From the NCBI GenBank assembly GCA_018897295.1, contig JAHILA010000014.1, forward strand, positions 67,891 to 131,890: a stretch of 64,000 bases of DNA. Direction: 5' to 3'. The notes under the pieces were generated by a model. The model saw only the letters and a program-made list of their open reading frames with translations, was not told the DNA's origin and searched no databases. The position numbers and the translations under genes are program-made. Shown piece by piece: positions 40,843 to 50,799 of this stretch (its first letter is position 1; every line of letters begins with the position of its first letter). This stretch comes from Patescibacteria group bacterium. GTDB taxonomy: Bacteria > Patescibacteriota > Minisyncoccia > RBG-13-40-8-A.

Positions 40843-41436
40843 ATGGTTTATGATAATAAATTAAAACAAGTTTCGAAAGTCGCTGTTTTTATAGATAACA
40901 GTAATGTATTTAAAATTATTCAGTATTTAAGAAAATCAGACCCTAAATGGATTAGTCTTTACGATCCGTTAAAATTGGCTGAAAAATTGGTAGGAAATAG
41001 AAATTTGGCGTATGTAGGATTTTATTGCGTCCAGCCACCTTCTTACTTATTAGGCGAAGATGAATGGCATATTAAAATATATAAAATTACACAAAAATAT
41101 TATTCCGAAATTGAAAAAATGCCCTTGGTACATGTAAAATATGGAAATCTAAGGGGTCCAAAAGGTTCCTTGCAAGAGAAAAATGTTGATACGCAACTTG
41201 CTACTGATATGGTAGCCATGGCAGCTACTGGTGCATATAATACGGCAATTATAGTTTCTAATGACGGAGATTATGAGAGCGCAGTTAATTTAGTTAAAAA
41301 TACATTTGGCAAAAAGGTGGAGGTGGTTTTTTTCAAGGGACGTCTTTCAATGAACCTAGAAAAGTCATGTGATGTTAAAAGAAGGGCACGACGTTCCTTT
41401 TTTGAATTATTAGATTTTGATAAAAATACATTTTAA
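40843..41436 (+). CDS. NYN-domain (LabA/DUF88, PIN-like) nuclease
   Basis: VFIDNSN, EKNVDTQLATDM, SNDGDY. Confidence 0.88.
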   Translation: MVYDNKLKQVSKVAVFIDNSNVFKIIQYLRKSDPKWISLYDPLKLAEKLVGNRNLAYVGFYCVQPPSYLLGEDEWHIKIYKITQKYYSEIEKMPLVHVKYGNLRGPKGSLQEKNVDTQLATDMVAMAATGAYNTAIIVSNDGDYESAVNLVKNTFGKKVEVVFFKGRLSMNLEKSCDVKRRARRSFFELLDFDKNTF

Positions 41437-41495
41437 GCGTAAAAAAGAAAATTTTGATGTATTATTAAATAATAGTTAATTTTTAAAAATAATTT

Positions 41496-41765
41496 ATGGA
41501 GAACAATAAAGAAAAATCATTTTTAGTAGATACGACCGATCAACATAAACAAGGAGAAGGTGTTGAAATTTTAAGCGCTAAAATGCCTAAAAAAACAAAT
41601 GATGATCAGAATATAGCAAAAAAATTTCAAGAACATAAAAAAACAGGATTTATTAAAAAAATATTCAGCAATGAATCACACTGGTTTTGGGGATTACTTA
41701 CAATAGCATTTATTATTTATTGTATTTGGGAATCGTTGAAATACGGCAATGAATGGTGGCGTTAG
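41496..41765 (+). CDS. Small membrane protein
   Basis: 89-aa ORF with a C-terminal TM segment. Confidence 0.65.
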   Translation: MENNKEKSFLVDTTDQHKQGEGVEILSAKMPKKTNDDQNIAKKFQEHKKTGFIKKIFSNESHWFWGLLTIAFIIYCIWESLKYGNEWWR

Positions 41766-41808
41766 AAATTTTTAATTTTTTCCTCGTAGTTTAAAAACAA
41801 AGAGGGGC

Positions 41809-42004
41809 TTGACACGTGATTTTAATTGATATATATTTTAAACACATAATTAATTAACCCCAGTAGTACAAACCTTTGGTTTGACTACGGGGCAAGCATA
41901 ATTCTTATGTAAAAAGAGCGAACAATTAAACGTACTTTAAAACAGAGTTTAGTTTTGGAATTTAGTTCAAAAATTGAGCTCTGTTTTAAATTGTTCTTTA
42001 AAAT
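41809..42004 (+). promoter_or_regulatory. 16S rRNA promoter and leader
   Basis: TTGACACGTGA; boxA-like GTTCTTTAAAA near 41993. Confidence 0.55.
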
Positions 42005-42085
42005 AGAAATATGTAATTGTACAGTAAGTTTGTGTGAGTTATTAGAGATCGAATCTTTTATAGTTGTTCTGATACAACTAAAATT

Positions 42086-43570
42086 ATTATTGAGAGTTTG
42101 ATCCTAGCTCAGGACGAACGCTGGCGGCGTGGATAAGGCATGCAAGTCGAATGGGTTTAGACCCATGGCGAACGAGTTAGTAACACGTAGGTACATCCCT
42201 CTGACTTGGGCATAACCCCGCGAAAGCGGGGATAATTCCCAATGGTGTCCCGATTTATCGGGACTAAAGGTTCCGGTGCAAATCGGAATCGGTGAGAGAG
42301 TGGCCTGCGGCCTATCAGCTAGTTGGTGAGGTAATAGCTTACCAAGGCTATGACGGGTAGGGGGCGTGAGAGCGTGTTCCCCAACGAGGGCACTGAGATA
42401 CGGGCCTTACTCCTACGGGAGGCAGCAGTCGAGAATCTTCCACAATGGGCGAAAGCCTGATGGAGCGACGCCGCGTGCATGAAGAAGTCCTTCGGGATGT
42501 AAAATGCTTTTATAAGGGAGCAATTTTTTGAGTGTACCTTATGAATAAGGGGTTGCTAAACTCGTGCCAGCAGCAGCGGTAATACGAGTGCCCCAAGCGT
42601 TGTCCGGAATTACTGGGCGTAAAGCGTCTGTAGGGGGTTTGATACGTCTTCTGTTAAATTTCGATGCTCAACATCGGAGCTGCAGGGGAAACGGTCAGAC
42701 TAGAGAGTGTGAGAGGCTGATGGAACTTAAGGAGTAGGGGTGAAATCCGTTGATACTTTAGGGAACACCAAAGGCGAAGGCATTCAGCTGGTGCATTTCT
42801 GACCCTGAGAGACGAAAGCGTGGGGAGCAAAAAGGATTAGATACCCTTGTAGTCCACGCCCTAAACTATGAATACTAGCTGTCTGAAGTATCGACCCTTC
42901 AGGTGGCGAAGCTAACGCGTTAAGTATTCCGCCTGGGAAGTACGGTCGCAAGACTAAAACTCAAAGGAATAGACGGGAGCTTGCACAAGCGGTGGAGCGT
43001 CTGGTTTAATTCGATGATAAGCGTAGAACCTTACCAGGACTTGAAATTCTAGTGAAACCCCGATGAAAGTCGGGTCTTCTACAAGGACACTAGAACAGGT
43101 GCTGCATGGTTGTCGTCAGCTTGTGGCGTGAGTTGCTCCGTTAATTCGGGTAACAAGCGCAACCCCTGTTGTCTGTTATATGTGTCAGACGAAACTGCCC
43201 CGTGATACGGGGAGGAAGGTAGGGATGACGCCAAATCAGCATGGCCCTCTGATGTCCTGGGCAACACAGGCGCTACAATGGCCGATACAATGGGTTGCCA
43301 AGCCGTAAGGTGGAGCCAATCCCATCAAAGTCGGTCCCAGTTCGGATTGGGGTCTGCAATTCGACCCCATGAAGTTGGAATCGCTAGTAATCGCAGATCA
43401 GCTACGCTGCGGTGAATACGTTCTCAAGCTTTGTACTCACTGCCTGTCACACCAGAGAAGCCGGGGGCACCTGACATTCTCGCATTGCGGGACCTAAGGT
43501 GAATTCGGTGACTAGGGTGAAGTCATAACAAGGCATCCGTAGGGGAACCTGTGGATGGAAAATATTTTTA
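42086..43570 (+). rRNA. rrs: 16S rRNA (ends approximate)
   Basis: AGAGTTTGATCCTAGCTCAG, GTGCCAGCAGCAGCGGTAA, AAACTCAAAGGAAT, helix 45 GGAA loop. Confidence 0.98.
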
Positions 43571-43732
43571 CTTAGTAACCATTTTGGATGCTAAGGAGAG
43601 TCGATTGAATCCGCCTTTGCGTAAAGCTTCGGCGGACAAGAGGGATTTAGATTTTTGTCCAAATAAAAATCAGGCCCGCTTCGACTCGCGAAGCGAGGCG
43701 AGTATCAGGATAACTATAAAAGATTTGATTCA

Positions 43733-43761
43733 AAAAATCCTCCGCGTTGCGGGGGATTTTT
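43733..43761 (+). terminator. Intrinsic terminator after 16S
   Basis: AAAAATCCTCCGC-GTT-GCGGGGGATTTTT. Confidence 0.7.
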
Positions 43762-43832
43762 AGTTCTCTATTGCATATTGTATTATTTTAGCTGTATAAT
43801 AGAATTAGTAATTATTAAATAAAAAAAACATT

Positions 43833-43991
43833 ATGGCAGATGTAGCATACTGCGTAAAATGCAGAAAAAAAGAAGAGATGAAAAATGCAGTAGAGGTTAA
43901 AATGAAAGGGAAGGGGGGAGACAGAAGGGCATTGAAAGGAATTTGTCCTGTTTGTGGAACTGGAATGTTCAGGATTTTAGGCAAAGCTTAA
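43833..43991 (+). CDS. Small zinc-ribbon protein (DUF5679-like), 52 aa, not in the ORF track
   Basis: MADVAYCVKCRK...KGICPVCGTGMFRILGKA; followed by a terminator hairpin at 44011-44045. Confidence 0.85.
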   Translation: MADVAYCVKCRKKEEMKNAVEVKMKGKGGDRRALKGICPVCGTGMFRILGKA

Positions 43992-44048
43992 AAGATTTTA
44001 AAAAATCTTATCAAAATTAATCCCGCGACGCGGGATTAATTTTGAGAA

Positions 44049-44120
44049 GGGCGTGTAGTTCACCGGTAGAACGCTTCACTGATAATGAAGAAGTAGAAGG
44101 TTCGACTCCTTCCACGCCCA
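44049..44120 (+). tRNA. tRNA-Ile(GAU)
   Basis: Anticodon arm CTTCA-CTGATAA-TGAAG; T-loop GGTTCGACTCC. Confidence 0.95.
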
Positions 44121-44143
44121 CTCAACTCGTCTTAATTTTGTTC

Positions 44144-44214
44144 GGGCCTATAGTTTAATGGTAGAACACCGCATTTGCAATGCGGAAATAGCAGTCCGAT
44201 TCTGCTTAGGTCCA
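44144..44214 (+). tRNA. tRNA-Ala(UGC)
   Basis: Anticodon arm CCGCA-TTTGCAA-TGCGG; G3:U70 pair. Confidence 0.93.
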
Positions 44215-44262
44215 CAATTAAAAAATCTCGCTATGCGAGATTTTTTAATATTTTAATTCATC

Positions 44263-45549
44263 TTATTTTTTCATTTCTTCTCCAATCTTATATACATCTC
44301 CCGCGCCGAGAAAGAGAATAATACTATTTTTATCAGTATTTTGTTCCAAATAGTTTTTTATTTCGTCAAAACTACTGATGTATTTCGCATTGACGGTCTG
44401 CATTGCTTTAACTAAATCTTTGGAATGGATTGTGTGGTCATCTTTTTCACGCGTAGCATAGATATCAGTGATAATAACTTCATTTGCCAAATTAAAACTT
44501 TCTGCAAAATCATTTAATAAAAGTTTTGTGCGCGAATATAAATGCGGTTGGAAAACAACAATCAGTTTATAGTTTGGATATTGTTCGTTGCAGGTTTTTA
44601 AAGTTGCTTTTATTTCTGTGGGGTGGTGGCCGTAGTCATTGTAAAGTAATGCGCCATTTTTTGCATTGCCCATAAATTCAAACCTGCGCCAGGTGCCAGT
44701 ATAATTTTTTAGGATTTTTAAAGCGGTTTTTTCTTCTATTCCGCACAATTTGGCCGCGTCAAACGCGGCTTGCGCATTTTTAAGATTGTGTTCGCCGGGA
44801 ATGGATAATTTAATATCGGCTTTTCCTTCATTATAATCAATTATCTTTGCCAATTGGTTTATTTTTTTTGCTTTTTTAATTGCTTTGTCCGTATTTTCGT
44901 CATTTAAATCGCAGATAATATATTCTTTTGTTTTGGCGATTAATTTTGCAAAAGCATTTTGGATGTTTTCAATATTTTCATAATAATCCAAATGGTCACT
45001 ATCAATATTTAAAATTACGAGAATATTCGGAGTCAGGTTCAAGAATGATTCTTTATATTCGCAGGCTTCAACAATAAAATATTTACTGCTTCCTAAAACA
45101 AAATTATCTTCCTGTTTTTTTAAAAATCCGCCGACAACAACAGTAGGGTCTAAGTTTCCATAAATCATCAATTCAGCAAGCATGGAAGTAGTGGTTGTTT
45201 TGCCGTGGGCTCCGGATATGGCAATGGTATACATATCTTTGGAAATCAATCCAAGGATTTCTGGATACGAATAAATTGGAATGTTTAGCGTTCTGCCATA
45301 AATTAATTCTGGATTATCCTCGGTTATGGCAGGGGAGTAGATAATCATATTTGTATCTGAAGGCAGATTTTCTTTTTTGTGGTCAATAAAAACCTTCCCC
45401 CCGATTTTTTCAATCCGTTCAGTCGTTTTTCCCGCGGAAATATCAGAACCAGTAACCTTTATACCTTTTAACCGCGCCATTCTGGCAATTGCAGACACTC
45501 CGACACCCCCAATTCCGATAAAATGTATTTTCTTAACGTGGTCGAACAT
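44263..45549 (-). CDS. murC: UDP-N-acetylmuramate--L-alanine ligase
   Basis: HFIGIGGVG, GAHGKTTT, EACEY, DYGHHPTEI, FQPHLYSRT. Confidence 0.95.
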   Translation of the reverse strand: MFDHVKKIHFIGIGGVGVSAIARMARLKGIKVTGSDISAGKTTERIEKIGGKVFIDHKKENLPSDTNMIIYSPAITEDNPELIYGRTLNIPIYSYPEILGLISKDMYTIAISGAHGKTTTTSMLAELMIYGNLDPTVVVGGFLKKQEDNFVLGSSKYFIVEACEYKESFLNLTPNILVILNIDSDHLDYYENIENIQNAFAKLIAKTKEYIICDLNDENTDKAIKKAKKINQLAKIIDYNEGKADIKLSIPGEHNLKNAQAAFDAAKLCGIEEKTALKILKNYTGTWRRFEFMGNAKNGALLYNDYGHHPTEIKATLKTCNEQYPNYKLIVVFQPHLYSRTKLLLNDFAESFNLANEVIITDIYATREKDDHTIHSKDLVKAMQTVNAKYISSFDEIKNYLEQNTDKNSIILFLGAGDVYKIGEEMKK

Positions 45550-45703
45550 AAGTTTAAATTTTATCACAGAGAATCTTTGTTGCCAAATTAATTTTGTGCT
45601 ATAATTAATTATGTTATAATTAAATTAAAGGTCGACCTGCCTGCAACGTCAGCAAACTGTCTTGCGTGGCGGGCAGGGAATTAAGAATTAAAATTATTTT
45701 ATT

Positions 45704-46372
45704 ATGTTAGAAATATTACTTGATTCATTGACGCAAATTTGGCAGAGCTTTATTGAGTTCTTACCGACATTATTGGCATCTTTAATCGTTTTCATTGTAG
45801 GCTGGTTGATTGCTATATTCTTGGGCAAGATGGTTAACCGAATGATAAAAGCTATAAAACTTGATCTGCTTTTAGAAAGGCTTAATTTTCAGAAAGCATT
45901 AGCCAAAGCAAGATTAAAATTGGACTCTCCGAAGTTTTTTGAAGAACTTGTAAAATGGTTTTTCATTATCGTTTTCTTAATGACAGCAGTTGAGATTTTA
46001 GGATTAGTAGAGGTAACTCTGTTTTTAAAGGGCATCCTTTATTACATACCTAATGTTGTGATTGCCGCTATCATGCTTTTGGCCGCAGCTATTGTTGCGA
46101 AGTTTATGCAGAAATTAGTGAAAGCCAGTGCTGATACTGCCGGCCTTTCATCAGCAAATGCGATTTCCGGAGTTGTGAAGTGGGCAATTTTGATTTTCGG
46201 TTTTGTAATTGCTTTAACCCAATTAGGAATTGCCGCAGCTTTAATCCAGACAATCATTATTGGAATTATTGCTATGATTACGATTGCAGGCGGTCTTGCA
46301 TTCGGCCTAGGAGGAAAGGATCTGGCAGCTAATATTCTGGACAAAATTAGGCAGGATTTAAGCGATAGATAG
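45704..46372 (+). CDS. TM-helix repeat membrane protein (CmpX/MscS N-terminal-like)
   Basis: FLPTLL..IVGW, YIPNVV, GLAFGLGGKD. Confidence 0.8.
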   Translation: MLEILLDSLTQIWQSFIEFLPTLLASLIVFIVGWLIAIFLGKMVNRMIKAIKLDLLLERLNFQKALAKARLKLDSPKFFEELVKWFFIIVFLMTAVEILGLVEVTLFLKGILYYIPNVVIAAIMLLAAAIVAKFMQKLVKASADTAGLSSANAISGVVKWAILIFGFVIALTQLGIAAALIQTIIIGIIAMITIAGGLAFGLGGKDLAANILDKIRQDLSDR

Positions 46373-47136
46373 TAATAGAGGACTTGACACGCGATTTTTT
46401 ACCATTTACAATGGTAGTGTTGTTAGTTTATATGAGAAAAAACCAAAAACAATTTATAAAAAAGAGCGGTTGATAAAACCAGGTATTTTCATACCCGTGG
46501 ATGTCAAACCGCTAAAAGCGGTTTTTTCAATCCTGAACTTTGAAAATTGAATATGTATAGCAAGTAATAAAAGTAATAATAAGTAGTAGTATCTATAAAT
46601 TGCCAGCTATATTAAGCAGGTTATATATTAAGGGTGTATGGTGGATGCCTTGACATTAGAAGACGAAGAAGGACGTGGCGTAACTGCGATAAGCCTCGGG
46701 GAGGTGTGTAGCGACCTTAGATCCGGGGATGTCCGAATGGGGAAACCCAATATAGTGATAAACTATATTATCCCGACTTTATTGTTGGGAGGTGAACTCG
46801 GCGAAGTAAAACATTTCAGTAGCCGGAGGAACAGAGAAAAACTTTATTCCCCAAGTAGTGGCGAGCGAAAAGGGAAGAGCCCAAACCTGATGGTCCCGCA
46901 TTTGTGGGATTATTAGGGGTAGTAAGATAGTGACGTCGGGAGAAATCCCGGGGAGTGAATACAAAACTAAGACTTCCTTAGTTGAAAGGGATGGAAAGCC
47001 CTACCGAAGAAGGTAATAGTCCTGTAAGCGAAAAGGGTCTTATACTCCTAGTCATTAATCTTGAGTACCGCGAGAACATGCAGTCTCGCGGGAATCATCC
47101 TGAACTATCTAGGAAAGGCTAAATACTTCTAATGAT

Positions 47137-47175
<39 letters not shown>

Positions 47176-48447
47176 GCCCGACAAGGGCAGTGAAATAGTA
47201 CCTGAAATCATACACTTACAAAGAGTCGGAGCCCCGCATTAGCGGGGTGACGGCGTGCTTTTTGCAGAACGAACCAACGAGTTTACCGTAGACTGTTTTG
47301 TCTAAGTCCGTAAAGGACGGAGGCGTAGGGAAACCGAGTGTTAATAGCGCGTTTTATAACAGTATGCGTAAGACCCGAAGCCAGGTGAGCTACCCATGGC
47401 CAGGATGAACCCCGATGAAAATCGGGGGGAGGTCCGAACCCATCGGCCGTGCAATACCGTGGGATGAGCTGTGGGTTGGAGTGAAAAGCTAATCGAACCT
47501 GGTAATAGCTGGTTCTCCTCGAAATATGTTTAGGCATAGCCTCTTATTTTTCTCCTTAGGGGTAGAGCACTAAATGGGCTGAGGTGGCGCAAGCCTACTC
47601 ACTCAATTAAACTCCGAATACTAAGACAGATAATAAGGGAGTAAGACTGTGGGGGCTAAGCTCCATAGTCAAAAGGGAAACAGCCCAGATCGTCATCTAA
47701 GGTCCCAAAACTAAGTTAAGTGGGAAAAGAAGTGCCTCGTCTTATACAGATGGGATGTTGGCTTAGAAGTAGCCATCATTTAAAGAGTGTGTAATAACTC
47801 ACCATTCTATTTATGACGAAGTGCGCTGAAAATGTAACGGGGCTCAAACTTAGTACCGAAGATACGAATTTCTCTCCGATTTATCGGAGAGGAGTGGTAG
47901 AGGAGCATTTCTTGTGCTGTGAAGTCATTTCGTGAGGAATGGTGGAGCGCAAGGAAGAGAGAATGTTGGTATGAGTAACCGCAAGTCTGATGCGAAATCA
48001 GACCACCGAAAGCCCAAGGATTCCTTGGCAATGTAAATCAACCAAGGGTTAGGCGGGCCTAAGGCAATCCCGAAAGGGGTAGTCGATGGACAGTCGGTTA
48101 ATATTCCGACCCTTCTGTATTTTTTTATGGAGTGACGGAGTTTAGTAGATAGGGCAGATTATTGGATTTTTGTCTGTATATTAAGAAGCTAGGCTAGGTA
48201 AATCCGGTTTAGAATACTTCAAGATATGCAGGAAGTTTCGATTTCGATCGGGATTACCCTATTGAGCAGACTTCCAAGAAAAACTTCTAAAATAAGAATA
48301 CAGGATCCGTACCGCAAACCGACACAGGTGGGCAGGGCGAGAAGCCCAAGGTGAACGGGTTAACCCTCGTTAAGGAACTCGGCAAAATAGCGGCCGTAAG
48401 TTCGCAATAAGGCCTTCCCCCGCTTAGCGGGGGACGCAGCTAAAGAT

Positions 48448-48478
<31 letters not shown>

Positions 48479-49344
48479 CCTGCTAACTCGTAAGAGGATG
48501 TATAGGGGCTGACACTTGACCAGTGCTGGAAGGTTAATGGTGGGGGTGTCTCGACCTTGCGTCGGGATGCTCACTGCTTGAAGCCCCAGTGAACGTCGGC
48601 GATAACTATAATCGTCCTAAGGTACCGAAATTCCTTGGCATGTAAGTTATGTCCTGCAGGAAAAGTGTAACGACTGGAGAACTGTCTCAACGAGGAGCCC
48701 GGTGAAAATGCAGTGTCAGTGAAGATGCTGACTACCTGCGACAAGACGAAAAGACCCCAGGAGCTTTACTATAACTTGGTATTGTTTTAATGTTTTTGAT
48801 GCGTAGCGTAGACGGTAGGATTTGAAGGTCGCCTCTCGGGGCGGCTGGATCCGACAATGAAACACCGTTCTTTAAAAATGTTAAAACTAACCCCTCCGTA
48901 ACAGAGAGGGACAGTGCCAGGCGGGTAGTTTTAGTGGGGCGCTAGCCTCCTAAAGAGTAACGGAGGCGTTTATTAAGGTCGACTAGCTCCGGATGGAAAT
49001 CGGAGTGATAGTGTAAAGGCAAAAGTCGGCTTTACTGCAAGACTGACAGGTCGCGCAGTTGCGAAAGCAGAACTTAGTGAACCGACTCTGGTTAATAGAA
49101 TCGGAGAAGATCATCGGACAAAAGCTACCCTGGGGATAACAGGCTGGTAGGCGCTAAGAGTTCATATCGACGCGTCTGTTCGGCACCTCGATGTCGGCTC
49201 ATCTCATCCTGGAGGTGGAGAAGCTTCCAAGGGTTTGGCTGTTCGCCAATTAAAGAGGTACGTGAGCTGGGTTCAAACCGTCGTGAGACAGGTTGGACTC
49301 CTATCTGTCGTAGGCGTAGATACTTGAGAGACTTTGTCCCTAGT

Positions 49345-50111
49345 AAGAATATTGCTACTTCACGAAGTAATTCGTGATGACAATGTGGCTTATAACGGTG
49401 AAGTCTTAATAAAATATGGTCTATTGATAATCATTATTGCATCGGTCCAATAATAATGATACAATTTAATTGAGGACCAGATAATTATTAAGATAATACC
49501 GTGGGAAGTCGATCTAAAATTAATTATGCGTATATTGCAGGATTTCTTGATGGTGATGGAAGTTTAATGTTTCAAATCAAAAAACGGAAAGATGGCAAAT
49601 CTAAAATAAGATTTATGCTGACTATCTGTTTTTATCAAGATTCTAGACATGCAAAACCACTATACTGGATTAAAAGAGTTTTGAGGATAGGTTATATCTC
49701 AAAACGTAAAGACGGAATTACTGAATTAAGGATTAACGGTTTTAAGCAGATTAAGGATATAGTGGGGAATTTAATTCCATTTATCAAATTTAAGAAAGTC
49801 CAAGCAAAAGCAATATATAGCGCTGCGAATCTTTTGAATTGTGTAAAAAACAAGGATTTATCTGAGAAAGATTTACACAGGTTAATAAATTATATTCTGG
49901 TGATTCAGAATAATAATTATGTGACCAAAAAAAAGAAGACTAAAAAAGATTTGTTAAAGATTTTAGATTTGACCCCGTAACGACTTGATCCGATTTCCAT
50001 CGGATCGGAGTTCAGTAGAAATACTGAGCTAATACGCCACTACCCTAATTCCGATTAACGTCGGAATGGGTAAAGATATAGTCTGCGCACATAGTGATAT
50101 GTGATAACGTG
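49345..50111 (+). mobile_element. Group I intron in the 23S sarcin-ricin loop
   Basis: Exons rejoin to CCCTAGT|ACGAGAGGACC; 5' exon ends in U; P1 UAGU/GCUA has a U.G pair; intron ends in G; P7-like GTAACGACT / GATATAGTC. Confidence 0.92.
49501..49980 (+). CDS. Single-motif LAGLIDADG homing endonuclease
   Basis: YIAGFLDGDGS; located inside the intron; GTG start. Confidence 0.93.
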   Translation: MGSRSKINYAYIAGFLDGDGSLMFQIKKRKDGKSKIRFMLTICFYQDSRHAKPLYWIKRVLRIGYISKRKDGITELRINGFKQIKDIVGNLIPFIKFKKVQAKAIYSAANLLNCVKNKDLSEKDLHRLINYILVIQNNNYVTKKKKTKKDLLKILDLTP

Positions 50112-50409
50112 ACGAGAGGACCGGGATGAACAAACCTCTGGTGTACCAGCTGTCCTGCCAAGGGCACTGCTGGGTAGCTATGTTTGGCAGAGATAAATGC
50201 TGAAAGCATATAAGCGTGAAACTCTTCTCAAGATTAAGTATCATAGATTCCTTGAAGACTACAAGGTTGATAGGCTTCAGGTGTAAGTCCTGTAAAGGAT
50301 TTAGCCGAGAAGTACTAATAAATCATTTTGCCTGTTTAATACGGCTGGCAATTTTTGGACACTACACTTTAAAATAATTTTATTTGCAACAAACAAGATT
50401 GCGGTCATT

Positions 50410-50525
50410 GTAAGGGGGTTATACTTGGGGTGCTCCACCTGATCCCATTCCGAACTCAGAAGTGAAATCCTTAAAGGCCGATGGTACCCCGATGAACTTC
50501 GGGGAAGAGTAGGTGACCCTCCTAC
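50410..50525 (+). rRNA. rrf: 5S rRNA
   Basis: CCACCTGATCCCATTCCGAACTCAGAAGTGAAA, GCCGATGGTA, GAGTAGG. Confidence 0.93.
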
Positions 50526-50539
50526 AATGCCCGCAATTT

Positions 50540-50763
50540 AAAGGCGTTGACCCTGCAACACAGGTGAGCTGAGGAAAGAAAGCTTTAATAAGCGAGTAGA
50601 ATCCTACGGGCGTGCCCGTTATAGCACAAAGACCGTGTCGGATTTCCAGAGCGGTTGGAGAGATTCAATTAGTAATAATTGAATGAAATAAGGTGGCAAC
50701 ACGATAAAAATCGTCCTTATGAGATTATCATTTTTGGTAATTTCGTGAGGTCGATTTTTTTTT
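50540..50763 (+). promoter_or_regulatory. T-box riboswitch upstream of aspS
   Basis: Antiterminator AAGG-TGGCAAC-ACGAT/ATCGT-CCTT, GAGTAG and CCGTTA boxes, overlapping terminator with T-run. Confidence 0.85.
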
Positions 50764-50799
50764 ATTTATTAATTATTAATAAAAGTAAAAATAAAATAT

